64,000 nt of DNA from Thermoanaerobaculia bacterium (GCA_963664405.1 OY761158.1:1920001-1984000), one strand, 5' to 3'; shown: positions 39,910 to 50,019, counted from the first letter of the stretch. Numbers and translations: made by a program. The notes: generated from the sequence alone by a model not told the origin.

Positions 39910-41229
39910 ATGCCGAAAGCCGACCAGAAGCGCAGTTTCTACGGCTGGACCGTTGTTGTAGTCGGCTTCTTCGTCTACGGCTTCGGCATCGGCCCGGGGT
40001 ATTACAGCTGGGGCTTCTTCGCTCCGGAAGTGATCGCCGAGCTCGATCTGTCCCGCCAACAGGTCGGCAGCATCTTCGGCGCCTTCACTTTGACCTTCGC
40101 CCTGGCCGGCCCATTGGCTGCCCTCGCCTTCCGTCGCTTCGGAGTCCGCACCACGGTGACCCTTGGCGCGCTGCTTGCCGCACTCGGCTTCGGCCTCGTC
40201 AGCCGCGCCGACTCCGTCGTCGAGCTCTACCTCTGCTACTCCCTGATCGGCGGCATCGGCATTGGCCTCTCCTCCGCGTTCGCGGCCCAGACCCTTGCCG
40301 TTTTTTGGTTCAAGCGCTATCGCGCCCTTGCCATCGCCATCATGATGTTGGGCGCCGCGGTGGTCGGCGGCATGGTGACACCGGTCGACGCCATCATCCT
40401 CCGGCTCTGGGGATGGCGTTTCGCGTGGGTGCTTATCGCGGGTATCTCGGTTCTCGTAGCGCTGATCTCTGCCGTCTTCATTCGCGATCGGCCGGAACAT
40501 TTAGGGCAGCACCCCGACGGTCGGGAGCCGGAGGAAGACGTCTCCGCTCACGCGGAGGGATCCGCCTCCCCCAGCTTGGAGATTGGTGCTGAGGCGAAGA
40601 CCGCCATCGCTCCCAAGTGGACCGCTCTCGAGGCGCTCCGAACGCCCCAATTCGCAATCCTCACCCTCACCTCGATGGCCAATATCGTGCCTTGGCGCGT
40701 CCTCAGCGTACACGGCAGGCTCCACTTTGAGGATCTCGGTTTCACCACCACCGTCGCCGCGGCGATCCTCGGAGTCCGCGTCGGGGTGAGCGCGGTCGGC
40801 CGCCTCAGCGGCTCCCTTGGCGACATCTTCTCCCCCACCAAGGTCATGGCCGTGTCGCTCCTCATCAACGGCATCGGCCTGGGGGGGCTCCTGTTCGCCG
40901 ATACCCCGACACTTGCCTATTCCTGTGTTGTCTTCCTGGGAGTGGGCTACGGCGCCGCCTACATTAGCGAGCCGGTCATGTTCGCCCACTTCTTCGGGCG
41001 CAACGCCTTCGTCGGCACCTCGGGGGTGCGCCTCGTTGTCACCGGCATCGCCGGCTACGCTGCCCCCACTCTCGCCGGCGCCGCGGCCGACCGAACCGGC
41101 ACCTACTCCCACACCATCGCGGTGCTCGCCGTCGCCTGCCTGGTTGCCTCGGCTACGATCTTCTTCTGTCGACGCCCAGACCCTCCCGGAGACTCCTTGC
41201 AGGACCAGCCCCGTGTGATTACAATGTAA
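39910..41229 (+). CDS. MFS transporter
   Basis: FYGWTVV start, about 12 TM helices, EALRTPQF motif. Confidence 0.85.
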   Translation: MPKADQKRSFYGWTVVVVGFFVYGFGIGPGYYSWGFFAPEVIAELDLSRQQVGSIFGAFTLTFALAGPLAALAFRRFGVRTTVTLGALLAALGFGLVSRADSVVELYLCYSLIGGIGIGLSSAFAAQTLAVFWFKRYRALAIAIMMLGAAVVGGMVTPVDAIILRLWGWRFAWVLIAGISVLVALISAVFIRDRPEHLGQHPDGREPEEDVSAHAEGSASPSLEIGAEAKTAIAPKWTALEALRTPQFAILTLTSMANIVPWRVLSVHGRLHFEDLGFTTTVAAAILGVRVGVSAVGRLSGSLGDIFSPTKVMAVSLLINGIGLGGLLFADTPTLAYSCVVFLGVGYGAAYISEPVMFAHFFGRNAFVGTSGVRLVVTGIAGYAAPTLAGAAADRTGTYSHTIAVLAVACLVASATIFFCRRPDPPGDSLQDQPRVITM

Positions 41230-41233
41230 GCAC
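41215..41233. promoter_or_regulatory. Near-palindromic operator GTGATTACA-A-TGTAAGCAC
   Basis: Immediately precedes the mazE-like start. Confidence 0.55.
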
Positions 41234-41488
41234 ATGCCCACAACGACACGCATCGTCAAGATCGGTAACTCCCGAGGATTTCGAGTCCCGAAGGCGCTGT
41301 TGGATCAAGCAGATCTACCTGAGGAAGTCGAGCTGCGGGCCGAGCCAGGGCGCCTCGTGGTCACCGCAGCTCAGCCACCGAGAGCCGGCTGGGCAGACGC
41401 TGCCAAGCAAATGCACTCTTCAGGCGACGACGAGCTACTTGATCCGACGCATTCGAGCCAATTCGATGAACAGGAGTGGGAGTGGTAG
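41234..41488 (+). CDS. mazE: AbrB/MazE family antitoxin
   Basis: IVKIGNSRGFRVPK..PRAGW..FDEQEWEW. Confidence 0.85.
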   Translation: MPTTTRIVKIGNSRGFRVPKALLDQADLPEEVELRAEPGRLVVTAAQPPRAGWADAAKQMHSSGDDELLDPTHSSQFDEQEWEW

Positions 41489-41817
41489 CCCGCGCTGTTG
41501 CGGTGCGTGGCGACGTGCACCTTGTGAGCTTAGACCCGACGACAGGGAGTGAGATACGGAAGACCAGGCCCTGTTTGGTCATCTCGCCAGACGAGCTCAA
41601 TCGGCATCTCAGAACCACCATCGTCGCACCGATGACGACGGGCGGCCGAGCATATCCATGGCGAGTGCAGTGCCGCTTTCAACGCCGTGGCGGGTTCGTG
41701 GCGCTTGACCAGATCCGAACGGTGGACGACGGTCGCCTGAACAGGCGCCTCGGGCGGCTTCCGGCCGAAACAGTGACCGAAGTGCTGCAAGCGCTAAAAG
41801 AGATGTTCGAGGCTTAG
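41476..41817 (+). CDS. mazF: PemK/MazF family toxin
   Basis: LDPTTGSEIRKTRPCLVISPDELN..DQIRTVD. Confidence 0.9.
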   Translation: MGVVARAVAVRGDVHLVSLDPTTGSEIRKTRPCLVISPDELNRHLRTTIVAPMTTGGRAYPWRVQCRFQRRGGFVALDQIRTVDDGRLNRRLGRLPAETVTEVLQALKEMFEA

Positions 41818-44486
41818 GCCTTCGCTTCGTACCAAGTCACGCCGGCACCAGCATCTACTACCAGCGGCACGTCGAGAGTCTCGACCCCTTCCATTTCTTC
41901 TCGCACCATCGCTTCGACCTCGGCAAGGTCGCTCTCCGGCACTTCCAGAACGAGCTCGTCGTGCACGGTCAGCAGAAGGCCCGAGTCAGGAAAGTCGCGG
42001 CGAATACGGTTGTCGACAGAAACCATGGCCTTCTTCAAGAGATCGGCCGCCGTCCCCTGAATGCGGGCGTTGATCGCCATCCGCTTGGCGTTCTCGCGCA
42101 AATTCCAGTTTCTCGACTGGATGTCCGGAAACCACCGCGCTCTGCCGTACAGGGTCTCCACTCGCCCCTCGACTCGCGCGCTCTCGGTAGTGTCCTCGAT
42201 ATAGGCACGCACCGCCGGGAAGCGATCGAAGTAGGCCTCGATGAACTTCTTCGCCTCTTTCTGTTCGATGCCGAGGTTGCGAGCGAGACCGAAGGGAGAC
42301 ATGCCGTAGATGATGCCGAAGTTGATCGTCTTGGCGGCGCGACGCTGATCGGGAGTGACCAGATCTGGGGACCCACCGAAAACCAGCGCGGCGGTGGAAG
42401 AGTGGATGTCCTCGCCGCGACGAAAGGCATCGACGAGGGCACCCTCCTGGGCGATGTGGGCGAGCACCCGTAGCTCGATCTGACTGTAGTCGGCCACCAG
42501 GAGCTGCATCCCTTCGGGAGCCCGGAAAGCCCGGCGAATACGGCGCCCCGCTTCGGTGCGAACGGGAATGTTCTGCAAGTTGGGGTTAGCCGAAGAGAGC
42601 CGCCCGGTGGCGGCGACAGCCTGCTGAAAGCGTGTGTGCAAGCGACCGTCTTCGTGAACCAGCGTCGGCAACGCATCGACGTAGGTGGACTTGAGCTTGG
42701 TCTGTTCTCGAAATCGCAGAATGCGCTCCGGCAAATCGAAGCCCCTTGCCGCCAGCTCCTCCAGAGTGTCGGCGCCGGTGGAATAGCTCTTGGTCTTGCG
42801 GGTGCGGCGCAGTACAGGATAGGAGAGCTTCTCGAACATGATGACACCCAGCTGCTGGGGCGAATTGATGTTGAAGCGCTCGTCGGCGATTCTGTAGATC
42901 TCTTCCTCGAGGGCCTCGAGCTCGGCGGCGAGCTCAGTGGACATCGTGGAGAGGAACTCCACGTCGAGCAGAACACCGCGCTCCTCCATGCCGACCAGAA
43001 CGGGTAGCAGAGGTTCCTCGAATTGCTCGTAGACACGACCCGCGGCCATCGGTGGGCCGGGGTTGGACATCTCCTCTTCCAGGAGATCCAGCAGGCGGCC
43101 ACTCAGGATCACGCGCTGTGCGGCGAAGTCGAGAAGGCCTGCAGCGCCGGGCATCGGCACTTCCCCTTTGTGCCAGCCGGCTTCTCGTGCCTTGATCGGC
43201 TGGACCTGAAGCCGTTCGAGACAGACCTCACCGAAAGAGAAGTCGCGAGTAGCTGAACGCAGCAGATAGCTGAAGAGCATGGTGTCGAGCAGACGAGCCG
43301 CGACGGCGCCCTCGCAACCCGCCACCCGAAGCAGCTCCTTGAGGTCGTGTCCGACGATCTCCTTCTTCTCGTCGGCCAGCCACGACCGCACCTCCGCAAG
43401 TGCTCTTTCCTTCATACCGGGAGTGCGGAAGTCGACGATCGCAACTCCACTGACGCTGCCGTCGACGACCTGGAAGGCAAGTGCCAGGGGAGGCTCACCC
43501 AGGACCCCGACCACAACCCGCCTACCGAAAGCGGCTACCAACGCTTCGAAGTCTTCCAGGCTCTCCACCACTCGCGCCGGCTCGATCTCGATCTCGTTGG
43601 TGATCGAGCCCTCGGCCTCCATCTCCTTGAGCAGCGAGAAAAACTCCAGCTCTCGGAAGAGCTCAGCCAAAGCCTGGGGATCCGGCGCCTCACGAACCAG
43701 CTCCTTCGGTTCGAAGTCCACCGGCAGATCGGTCTCGATCGTCACCAGCTCTTTCGACAGTCGGGCGTCGTCGGCATGTTCCGTCAGGCCCTCGCGATAC
43801 GCCTTGCGCTTGATCTCGCCGGCGCGCTCGAGAAGGGTCTCGAGAGTGCCGTGTTCCCGAATCAAGTTCTTCGCCCCCTTCTCACCGATTCCCCGAACTC
43901 CCGGCACGTTGTCTACCGAGTCGCCCATCAGCGCCAGCACATCGACCACCTGATTCGGGGGGACGCCGAAGTCCTCTTCTACCAGCTTGGCATCGTAGAG
44001 CTTCTCCCGCCCGGTGTGGAGCATGAATGTCTTGGGACCTACAAGCTGCATGAGGTCCTTGTCGGCGCTCACCAAGATCACCTCGTAGCCGGCGCTAGAG
44101 GCCTTGCGCGCCAGAGTACCGAGGACGTCGTCGGCTTCGTACTTCTCGAGCTCGAGAATCGGGATTCTGAAGGCCTCGAGAGCCTTGCGCACCAGGGGTA
44201 GCTGCGAGCGTAGATCATCCGGCATCGGCTTGCGATTAGCCTTGTAGTCTTCGTAGCGCTCTTTGCGGAAGGTCTTGCTCGAGACGTCCCAGGCCACTCC
44301 GACATACTCCGGTGTGTGCTCGCGCAGCAGCTTGCGCAGCATGTTGATGAACCCATAGACGGCGTTGGTGGCCTCGCCACGCGAGTTGGAGAGCCCGGGA
44401 ATGGCGTAGAAGGCCCGAAAGAGGACGGAGTATCCGTCGATGAGAAAGAGGCGTGCGGGGGCCGACGCGGGTTCGCCGCTACTCAT
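41814..44486 (-). CDS. polA: DNA polymerase I
   Basis: 5'-3' exonuclease LIDG/EADD, TGRLSS.NPNLQNIP, ADYSQIELR, KTINFGIIYG, VHDEL. Confidence 0.98.
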   Translation of the reverse strand: MSSGEPASAPARLFLIDGYSVLFRAFYAIPGLSNSRGEATNAVYGFINMLRKLLREHTPEYVGVAWDVSSKTFRKERYEDYKANRKPMPDDLRSQLPLVRKALEAFRIPILELEKYEADDVLGTLARKASSAGYEVILVSADKDLMQLVGPKTFMLHTGREKLYDAKLVEEDFGVPPNQVVDVLALMGDSVDNVPGVRGIGEKGAKNLIREHGTLETLLERAGEIKRKAYREGLTEHADDARLSKELVTIETDLPVDFEPKELVREAPDPQALAELFRELEFFSLLKEMEAEGSITNEIEIEPARVVESLEDFEALVAAFGRRVVVGVLGEPPLALAFQVVDGSVSGVAIVDFRTPGMKERALAEVRSWLADEKKEIVGHDLKELLRVAGCEGAVAARLLDTMLFSYLLRSATRDFSFGEVCLERLQVQPIKAREAGWHKGEVPMPGAAGLLDFAAQRVILSGRLLDLLEEEMSNPGPPMAAGRVYEQFEEPLLPVLVGMEERGVLLDVEFLSTMSTELAAELEALEEEIYRIADERFNINSPQQLGVIMFEKLSYPVLRRTRKTKSYSTGADTLEELAARGFDLPERILRFREQTKLKSTYVDALPTLVHEDGRLHTRFQQAVAATGRLSSANPNLQNIPVRTEAGRRIRRAFRAPEGMQLLVADYSQIELRVLAHIAQEGALVDAFRRGEDIHSSTAALVFGGSPDLVTPDQRRAAKTINFGIIYGMSPFGLARNLGIEQKEAKKFIEAYFDRFPAVRAYIEDTTESARVEGRVETLYGRARWFPDIQSRNWNLRENAKRMAINARIQGTAADLLKKAMVSVDNRIRRDFPDSGLLLTVHDELVLEVPESDLAEVEAMVREEMEGVETLDVPLVVDAGAGVTWYEAKA

Positions 44487-44925
44487 TCTCGTCGGGGCTG
44501 ATGCCCATCTTCGCCATCAGCTCGGCCTCGGTCACTCGCGGCTCATCGCCGGCGAACTGATAGCGAGCCGGCTGCGCGTCGACATAGATATGACGGTCCA
44601 AAACCAGGTCGTCGGCCTCGTCCAGGGCCTCCGAAGAAACCGCCATATCCTGCTCCGGGTGCGCCGCCTGCCGCCAGAAGAGGCTCGTACCACACAGCGA
44701 GCAGAAGCCGCGCTGGGCCCAGGCGGAGCCTTGATACCAGGTCAGGCCCTCTTCGCGGAAAAATCTCAGCTGATCGCCGCGCGTGTGCACAGTCATGAAC
44801 GGCCCAGCGGACCATTTTCGACACATACCGCAGTGACAGATCGCGAACTTCGCCTCGGGAACTGCTACCTCGAATCGGACCGCTCCGCACAGGCATCCTC
44901 CGCTCCGGGTTGTGGGCTCCGTCAT
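44479..44925 (-). CDS. GFA/CENP-V family zinc protein
   Basis: GGCLCGAVRF, CHCGMCRK, FCSLCGT. Confidence 0.9.
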   Translation of the reverse strand: MTEPTTRSGGCLCGAVRFEVAVPEAKFAICHCGMCRKWSAGPFMTVHTRGDQLRFFREEGLTWYQGSAWAQRGFCSLCGTSLFWRQAAHPEQDMAVSSEALDEADDLVLDRHIYVDAQPARYQFAGDEPRVTEAELMAKMGISPDENE

Positions 44926-44959
44926 CTCATCCTCCTTCGGTAGGGAGAGGGTACCAGCC

Positions 44960-45459
44960 CTAGGCTCCAGAAATGATGGCTATCATTTCCTCCGCCTAGT
45001 TGTCTTTTGGCGCCGAGGACGGCGCACTCAGGCGTTGCTTCCTATTCGCTTCGGGAAACGGCTCAGAACGAATACTCGGACACGCTCCTAGGCTCCAGAA
45101 ATGATGGCTATCATTTCCTCCGCCTAGTTGTCTTTTGGCGCCGAGGACGGCGCACTCAGGCGTTGCTTCCTATTCGCTTCGGGAAACGGCTCAGAACGAA
45201 TACTCGGACACGCTCCTAGGCTCCAGAAATGATGGCTATCATTTCCTCCGCCTAGTTGTCTTTTGGCGCCGAGGACGGCGCACTCAGGCGTTGCTTCCTA
45301 TTCGCTCACGGAAACGGCTCAGGACGAATACTCGGACACGCTCCTAGCTTTCGAAAATGATGAATATCATTTCCGAAAGCTAGTTGCCCTCTAGCGCCGA
45401 GGACGGCGCACTTCGCCGATGCTTCCTATTCGCTCCGGGAACCCCTCAGACCGACTCTC
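44960..45459 (+). repeat. Tandem array of 128-bp units (three near-identical, one diverged/partial)
   Basis: Units start at CTAG 44960, 45088, 45216 and 45344; each is a 36-bp hairpin module plus a 92-bp module. Confidence 0.95.
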
Positions 45460-45577
45460 CGCCGGTCGTCGTCGAAGAACCAAGACACGTAGTCCCCAGC
45501 TTCGTTTCCTAGGGCGAAGGCTCCTAGCGCGACTGGAATCCCGAGAACCGCAACGACTTTGCATTCTTCATCAGGCA

Positions 45578-45596
45578 CTTACAAAGATCTTACAAA
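45578..45596 (+). promoter_or_regulatory. Direct repeat CTTACAAA-GAT-CTTACAAA (11-bp period, OmpR/PhoB-family-like box)
   Basis: AT-rich direct repeat about 40 bp upstream of the peroxidase start. Confidence 0.45.
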
Positions 45597-45637
45597 ACCG
45601 GCGAATGTTCAGCGAGTGCCCGCGGTTGCTCGTAACA

Positions 45638-48183
45638 ATGACCAGCACCCAGCGGCGGCTCTTGCACTGCATTCCCGCCTTTCTATACCTAGCCTTCTCA
45701 ACCAACCCTGCGGCGACTCAGTCGCTACCTTCGGTTCCAGTGCCGGCGGAGAACCCCATTACCGAAGAGAAACGCATCCTCGGCAAGATCTTGTTCTGGG
45801 AAGAGCAGCTCTCAAGTGACAACTCCACCGCGTGTGGAAGCTGCCACATCCCGTCGGTGGGAGGCACCGACCCGCGAACGCCTTCGCATCCCGGGCCCGA
45901 CCAGGTCTTCGGCACTGACGATGATGTGATCGGCTCCCGCGGGGTTCGCCGCTCGGACTCGGAGAACGAGCGAACAGAAGACCCGGTTTTCGGCACGGCC
46001 TCCCAGGTCACCCGGCGCGCCGCACCCTCATTCTTTGGCATGTCCGCCTTTGCGCCAGATCTGTTTTGGGACGGCCGCGCCTCCTCGAGGTTCGTCGATC
46101 CGGAAACCGGAGCCGTCAGCATAGCCGCCGGCGGCGCCCTCGAGAGCCAAGCCATCGCACCGATCCTGAGTGACGTCGAGATGGCGAAGGAGGGTCGCGA
46201 CTGGGACGACGTGCGGCTGAAGCTCGAGGAGGCAGTGCCGCTAGCGCTCGCGACGAACCTGCCCGCGGACACGGCCGCTGCTCTAGTGGTCACTGAGACA
46301 TACCCTGAGCTCTTCGACCGGGCGTTCGGAGATTCCAGGATCACCGCCGAGCGTATTGCCTTTGCTATCGCCACCTACGAACGGACCCTGATCCCCGACC
46401 AGACACCCTGGGACCGCTTCGTCGCTGGGGACGAGAGCGCGCTCTCGGAGCAGCAGCAGATTGGGTGGGAGAACATTCAGGAGCATACGGTCTGCCTGAA
46501 CTGTCACCAGCCGCCTCAGTTTACCGACCACCTCTTCCACAACATCGGGCTACCTCCCGCGGGGGAGGACCTCGGACGCCAAGAGGTAACGAACGACGGT
46601 GAGAGTGAGCACGATAATCGATGGCGGTCCGATCACGATAAGTGATGGTCGCGTAGCCTTTTGAAGGACTTAGCCGAAGCTGCGTTTCGCTGCCACTTGC
46701 CTCAGACGGTCTTGTTCACAGTATTTGATGGCGATTCGAGGAAACCCGATCACGTTGTCTGGTGGGAATGGGTGTTCCGTTCAAGGTATCTGAGGGCGCA
46801 ACCAGGGGCCCAAGCGCGATGGAAGCTCGGCGAACCGCCTCGATCGCCCATCAGATAGCGTGCCGTTCATCCCATCGCTGCGTGTCAGCCCTCGTTCAGC
46901 GTGATCAGCGAAAGAACAAGTATGGACTGCGCGTCAGGCCCCGACGGCCCGCCTTCGGCGGGGATGATGCCGACGGACCTAGTCTTGAGCACACTACTTG
47001 AGGGACCAAACACCCTTCCCTCACCTACCGTGCTCAGAATGGCCAACATTCCCATCGATTATCGTGCTCACTCTCAGACGGCAACGACGGTGGGAGGTTC
47101 AAGACCCCCAGCCTTCGCACCAGCGGGCTCAAGCCCGCAATGATGCATGTCGGGTGGATCTTCGACGTCGAAGACTCGATCGCGTTCTACAACGCCGGAT
47201 CCGGCAATGAGGCCACCCGGCACGTCCAGTTCACTGCAGACCAAAGCGGCATTCCAACAGCCAACCCGGGAGTCTTCGCAAATTACGCCCAGCTCTTCAT
47301 GCCGGAACAGACGCAAGGAGGCCAGATCTTTCGTAGCACGGTCGTCGACTTCATCGTCAACGGCTTGACCGATGCTCGGGTGGCCAATGAGGAATTCCCC
47401 TTTGACCGGCCGACCTTGCGTGGCGCCCAGGGGTTGTGTGACGACGGCCTCGACAACGATGAAGACGGCCTGTTCGACTTCCCTGATGACCCCGGCTGCA
47501 ACTCTCCCGAGGACAACGGAGAAGGCCGGGATAGCACCGCGCCACCCGCCATTCCCGAGTCTCCAAGCAACCTACTGGCCGTCGCTACCAGCGTGTCCAC
47601 CATCGAGCTGACCTGGAACGACAACTCCGAAACCGAAGAGAGCTTTGTCATCGACCGCCGGCCTGCCGGCGGCGCCTTCTCCATGAGGGCTACTGTCCTT
47701 GCCAACGTCACCACCTTCTCAGATGCCGGACTTCCCGCGGGATCTAGCTTCGAGTACCGCGTTGCCGCTTCGAGCTCGGCCGGCGACTCGGCGCCCTCCA
47801 ACGTGGCGAGCGCAACGACCCTCGAGCCGTTCGACTGCGCAGAGCATGAGGCCACACTCTGTCTCAACCAGGGGCGCTTCCAGGTCGTAGTGGAGTGGCG
47901 CGATTTCCAAAGCGGCACCGGCAGCGGTCAGGTTGTTCTCAGCTCGTCGGACTCCGGACTGTTCTGGTTCTTCAGTCCCGACAACTGGGAAATGATGGTC
48001 AAGGCCCTGGACGGCTGTGGCCTCAACGATCACTTCTGGGTGTTCGCGAGCGCTACCACCAACGTCGAGTACACCCTGCGTGTCACCGACACCGAAACGG
48101 GGTTGACGAAGGAGTACACCAACCCCCTCGGTACCGCCGCCCCGGCAATCACCGATACAGCCGCATTCGCCACCTGCCCCTGA
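45638..48183 (+). pseudogene. Diheme cytochrome c peroxidase/MauG-family protein with FN3 and C-terminal conserved domain, interrupted by a 477-bp insertion
   Basis: CGSCH and CLNCH heme motifs, FWDGRA. Removing the insert and one TSD restores EVTNDGNDGGRFKTPSLR..MMHVG in frame. Confidence 0.9.
46600..47076. mobile_element. 477-bp non-autonomous element, TG..CA ends, perfect 25-bp TIR, 5-bp TSD
   Basis: TGAGAGTGAGCACGATAATCGATGG at both ends (inverted); GACGG at 46595-46599 and 47077-47081. Confidence 0.95.
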
Positions 48184-48200
48184 GTACGCTGGAGAATACG

Positions 48201-49499
48201 ATGACGAAACGGCCTGCGACGATTCTCTTTGCCTGCCTAGGCTTGCTTCTCCGGCCCGACCTGGCGGACAGCCAGCTCAGCTTCGACGGAATTGACGACC
48301 GCGTGACCGTTCCTTACGACAGTTCCTTTCCGACCGAGGTCTTCACTATCGCGGCGTGGATCAAGCTCGCATCACCTTCGGGAAGGGCCGCAATCATCGC
48401 GAGGGGCGAGGACGACAACTCTTTCAACCTTTCGTGGCATCTCTATGTGCTTGCCGACGGGACCCTCGAGATCATGCTGGAGGACACGGGCGAGGACAAC
48501 CACTGCTACCCCCGGACCTGTATGGGGCAGCCCCAGGCCTCTTGCGTCACGGGAGATCTCTTCGTCGCCGACAACACCTGGCGCCACGTCGCCGCTACGT
48601 GCGACGCCACAGGAGCCCTGGCACTCTACGTAGATGGGCAGTCCCGTACTACTTGCACCGGAACCGGCGTTCCTTCCTCGAACAACTTTCAAGATCTGAC
48701 CATCGGCAGCACCCATGGTTCGATCGGTCCACTTCCACCCGGTGGCACCGAACCGCCGATCTGGTTCTTTCCCGGACTGATCGATGATCCCGCGATGTGG
48801 AGTGTCTCGCTCAGCGCGCCGCAGATCGGCAACGTCCACGCCAATGGCGTCACCTCGACGCCATCTGGCCTCGCCGGCTACTGGAATCTGGACGAAGGCA
48901 CCGCTCAGCTCGTCGCCGACAGCTCGCCGGCGGGCAACTCCGGTTTCCTTGGCGCCGTCAACAGCCCGGACGACGCGGATCCAGCCTGGATCAGCGACTC
49001 GCCAGCCGGGACGCCGACACCGCCGGCAACGCCAACGCCATCACCAACACCGACACCGACACCGACACCGACAGATCCGACTCCAACACCAACCTCGACT
49101 CCACAACCGCCGGATCCGACACCGACACCAACACCGTACGTTCCCGTGGATTGTGCCGCTAGCCAAGAGACTCTCTGTCTCAACCAAGAGCGGTTCCAGG
49201 TCGAGGTCGAGTGGCGGGACTTCAAAGACAGGACAGGCACCGGTCAGGCGGTCGTCAACTCACAAGACTCGGGTCTGTTCTGGTTCTTCAATCCCGACAA
49301 CTGGGAATTGATGGTCAAGGTTCTCGACGGCTGCGGTATCAACGACCGCTACTGGGTCTTCGCCAGCGCGACGACCAACGTCGAGTACACCCTGCGCGTC
49401 ATCGACAGCGACACGGGATTGATGCAGGAGTACTCCAACCCACTCGGTACCGCTGCACGGGCGATCACCGATACAGCCGCCTTCGCCACCTGCCCCTGA
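48201..49499 (+). CDS. Exported LamG/concanavalin-like protein with Pro-Thr linker and conserved C-terminal domain
   Basis: LSFDGIDDRV, FTIAAWIK, WRHVAAT, GLAGYWNLDEG, (PT)n linker. Confidence 0.85.
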   Translation: MTKRPATILFACLGLLLRPDLADSQLSFDGIDDRVTVPYDSSFPTEVFTIAAWIKLASPSGRAAIIARGEDDNSFNLSWHLYVLADGTLEIMLEDTGEDNHCYPRTCMGQPQASCVTGDLFVADNTWRHVAATCDATGALALYVDGQSRTTCTGTGVPSSNNFQDLTIGSTHGSIGPLPPGGTEPPIWFFPGLIDDPAMWSVSLSAPQIGNVHANGVTSTPSGLAGYWNLDEGTAQLVADSSPAGNSGFLGAVNSPDDADPAWISDSPAGTPTPPATPTPSPTPTPTPTPTDPTPTPTSTPQPPDPTPTPTPYVPVDCAASQETLCLNQERFQVEVEWRDFKDRTGTGQAVVNSQDSGLFWFFNPDNWELMVKVLDGCGINDRYWVFASATTNVEYTLRVIDSDTGLMQEYSNPLGTAARAITDTAAFATCP

Positions 49500-49526
49500 G
49501 CGAAATGGGGAAGCGGTCCGGTGGCG

Positions 49527-49991
49527 TCAGCCGGCTCCGCTAGCGGCTTCCTGGGCAGCGGGGACATCGACGACGAGATAAGCGCCCTCCTGCGAGACCG
49601 GATAGGTCTCCGCCTCGTAGGGCCCCTTGACCATACCCGGGGCCGGCGGATCGAGCTCGTCGCCGGCAAGCACAGAGACCTCGTAGCGGCGAACGGCCAG
49701 GCGCTCGGGCGCACACCACGATTGACCGGTGCGAACATGAAACTCCCAGCCATGCCAGGGGCAGGTCAGAATCTCCCGCTTGGGCTCGTACTCGAACTCG
49801 CCAGGAGATTCGGAGCGCAGCGCGCCCCAAAGTCTGCCCTGGCACAAGAGGCCCCCCTGATGCGGACAGCGATTGCGCAGAGCGAAGAATTCACCGGCGA
49901 CGTTGAAGACGCCGATCGAGCGGCCCGCAACACTCACGATCTTGCGCTCCCCCGGCTCGATCTCGTCGACGGCGGCTACGACGAACTTCAA
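49527..49991 (-). CDS. Rieske [2Fe-2S] ferredoxin
   Basis: CPHQG and CPWHGWEF motifs. Confidence 0.92.
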   Translation of the reverse strand: MKFVVAAVDEIEPGERKIVSVAGRSIGVFNVAGEFFALRNRCPHQGGLLCQGRLWGALRSESPGEFEYEPKREILTCPWHGWEFHVRTGQSWCAPERLAVRRYEVSVLAGDELDPPAPGMVKGPYEAETYPVSQEGAYLVVDVPAAQEAASGAG

Positions 49992-50019
49992 CTGGGTCCC
50001 CTATCGCGGCAACCCAAGG

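Noticed and set aside
45007-45347. Duplicated 70-aa ORFs (MAPRTAHSG..), also at 2254-2562
   Set aside because: These are translations of the repeat unit with TTG starts and no RBS; there is no evidence of coding function.
44960-45459. CRISPR array (36-bp palindromic repeat plus spacers)
   Set aside because: The 92-bp intervening segments are near-identical rather than unique, copies are dispersed elsewhere in the window, and no cas genes are present.
46600-47076. Self-splicing intron or intein in the peroxidase gene
   Set aside because: TIRs, a 5-bp TSD and in-frame stops identify a DNA transposon-type insert; no group I/II boundary motifs were seen.
49010-49140. ACACCG short tandem repeat as a VNTR or regulatory array
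   Set aside because: It is explained by the Pro-Thr linker of the LamG protein.
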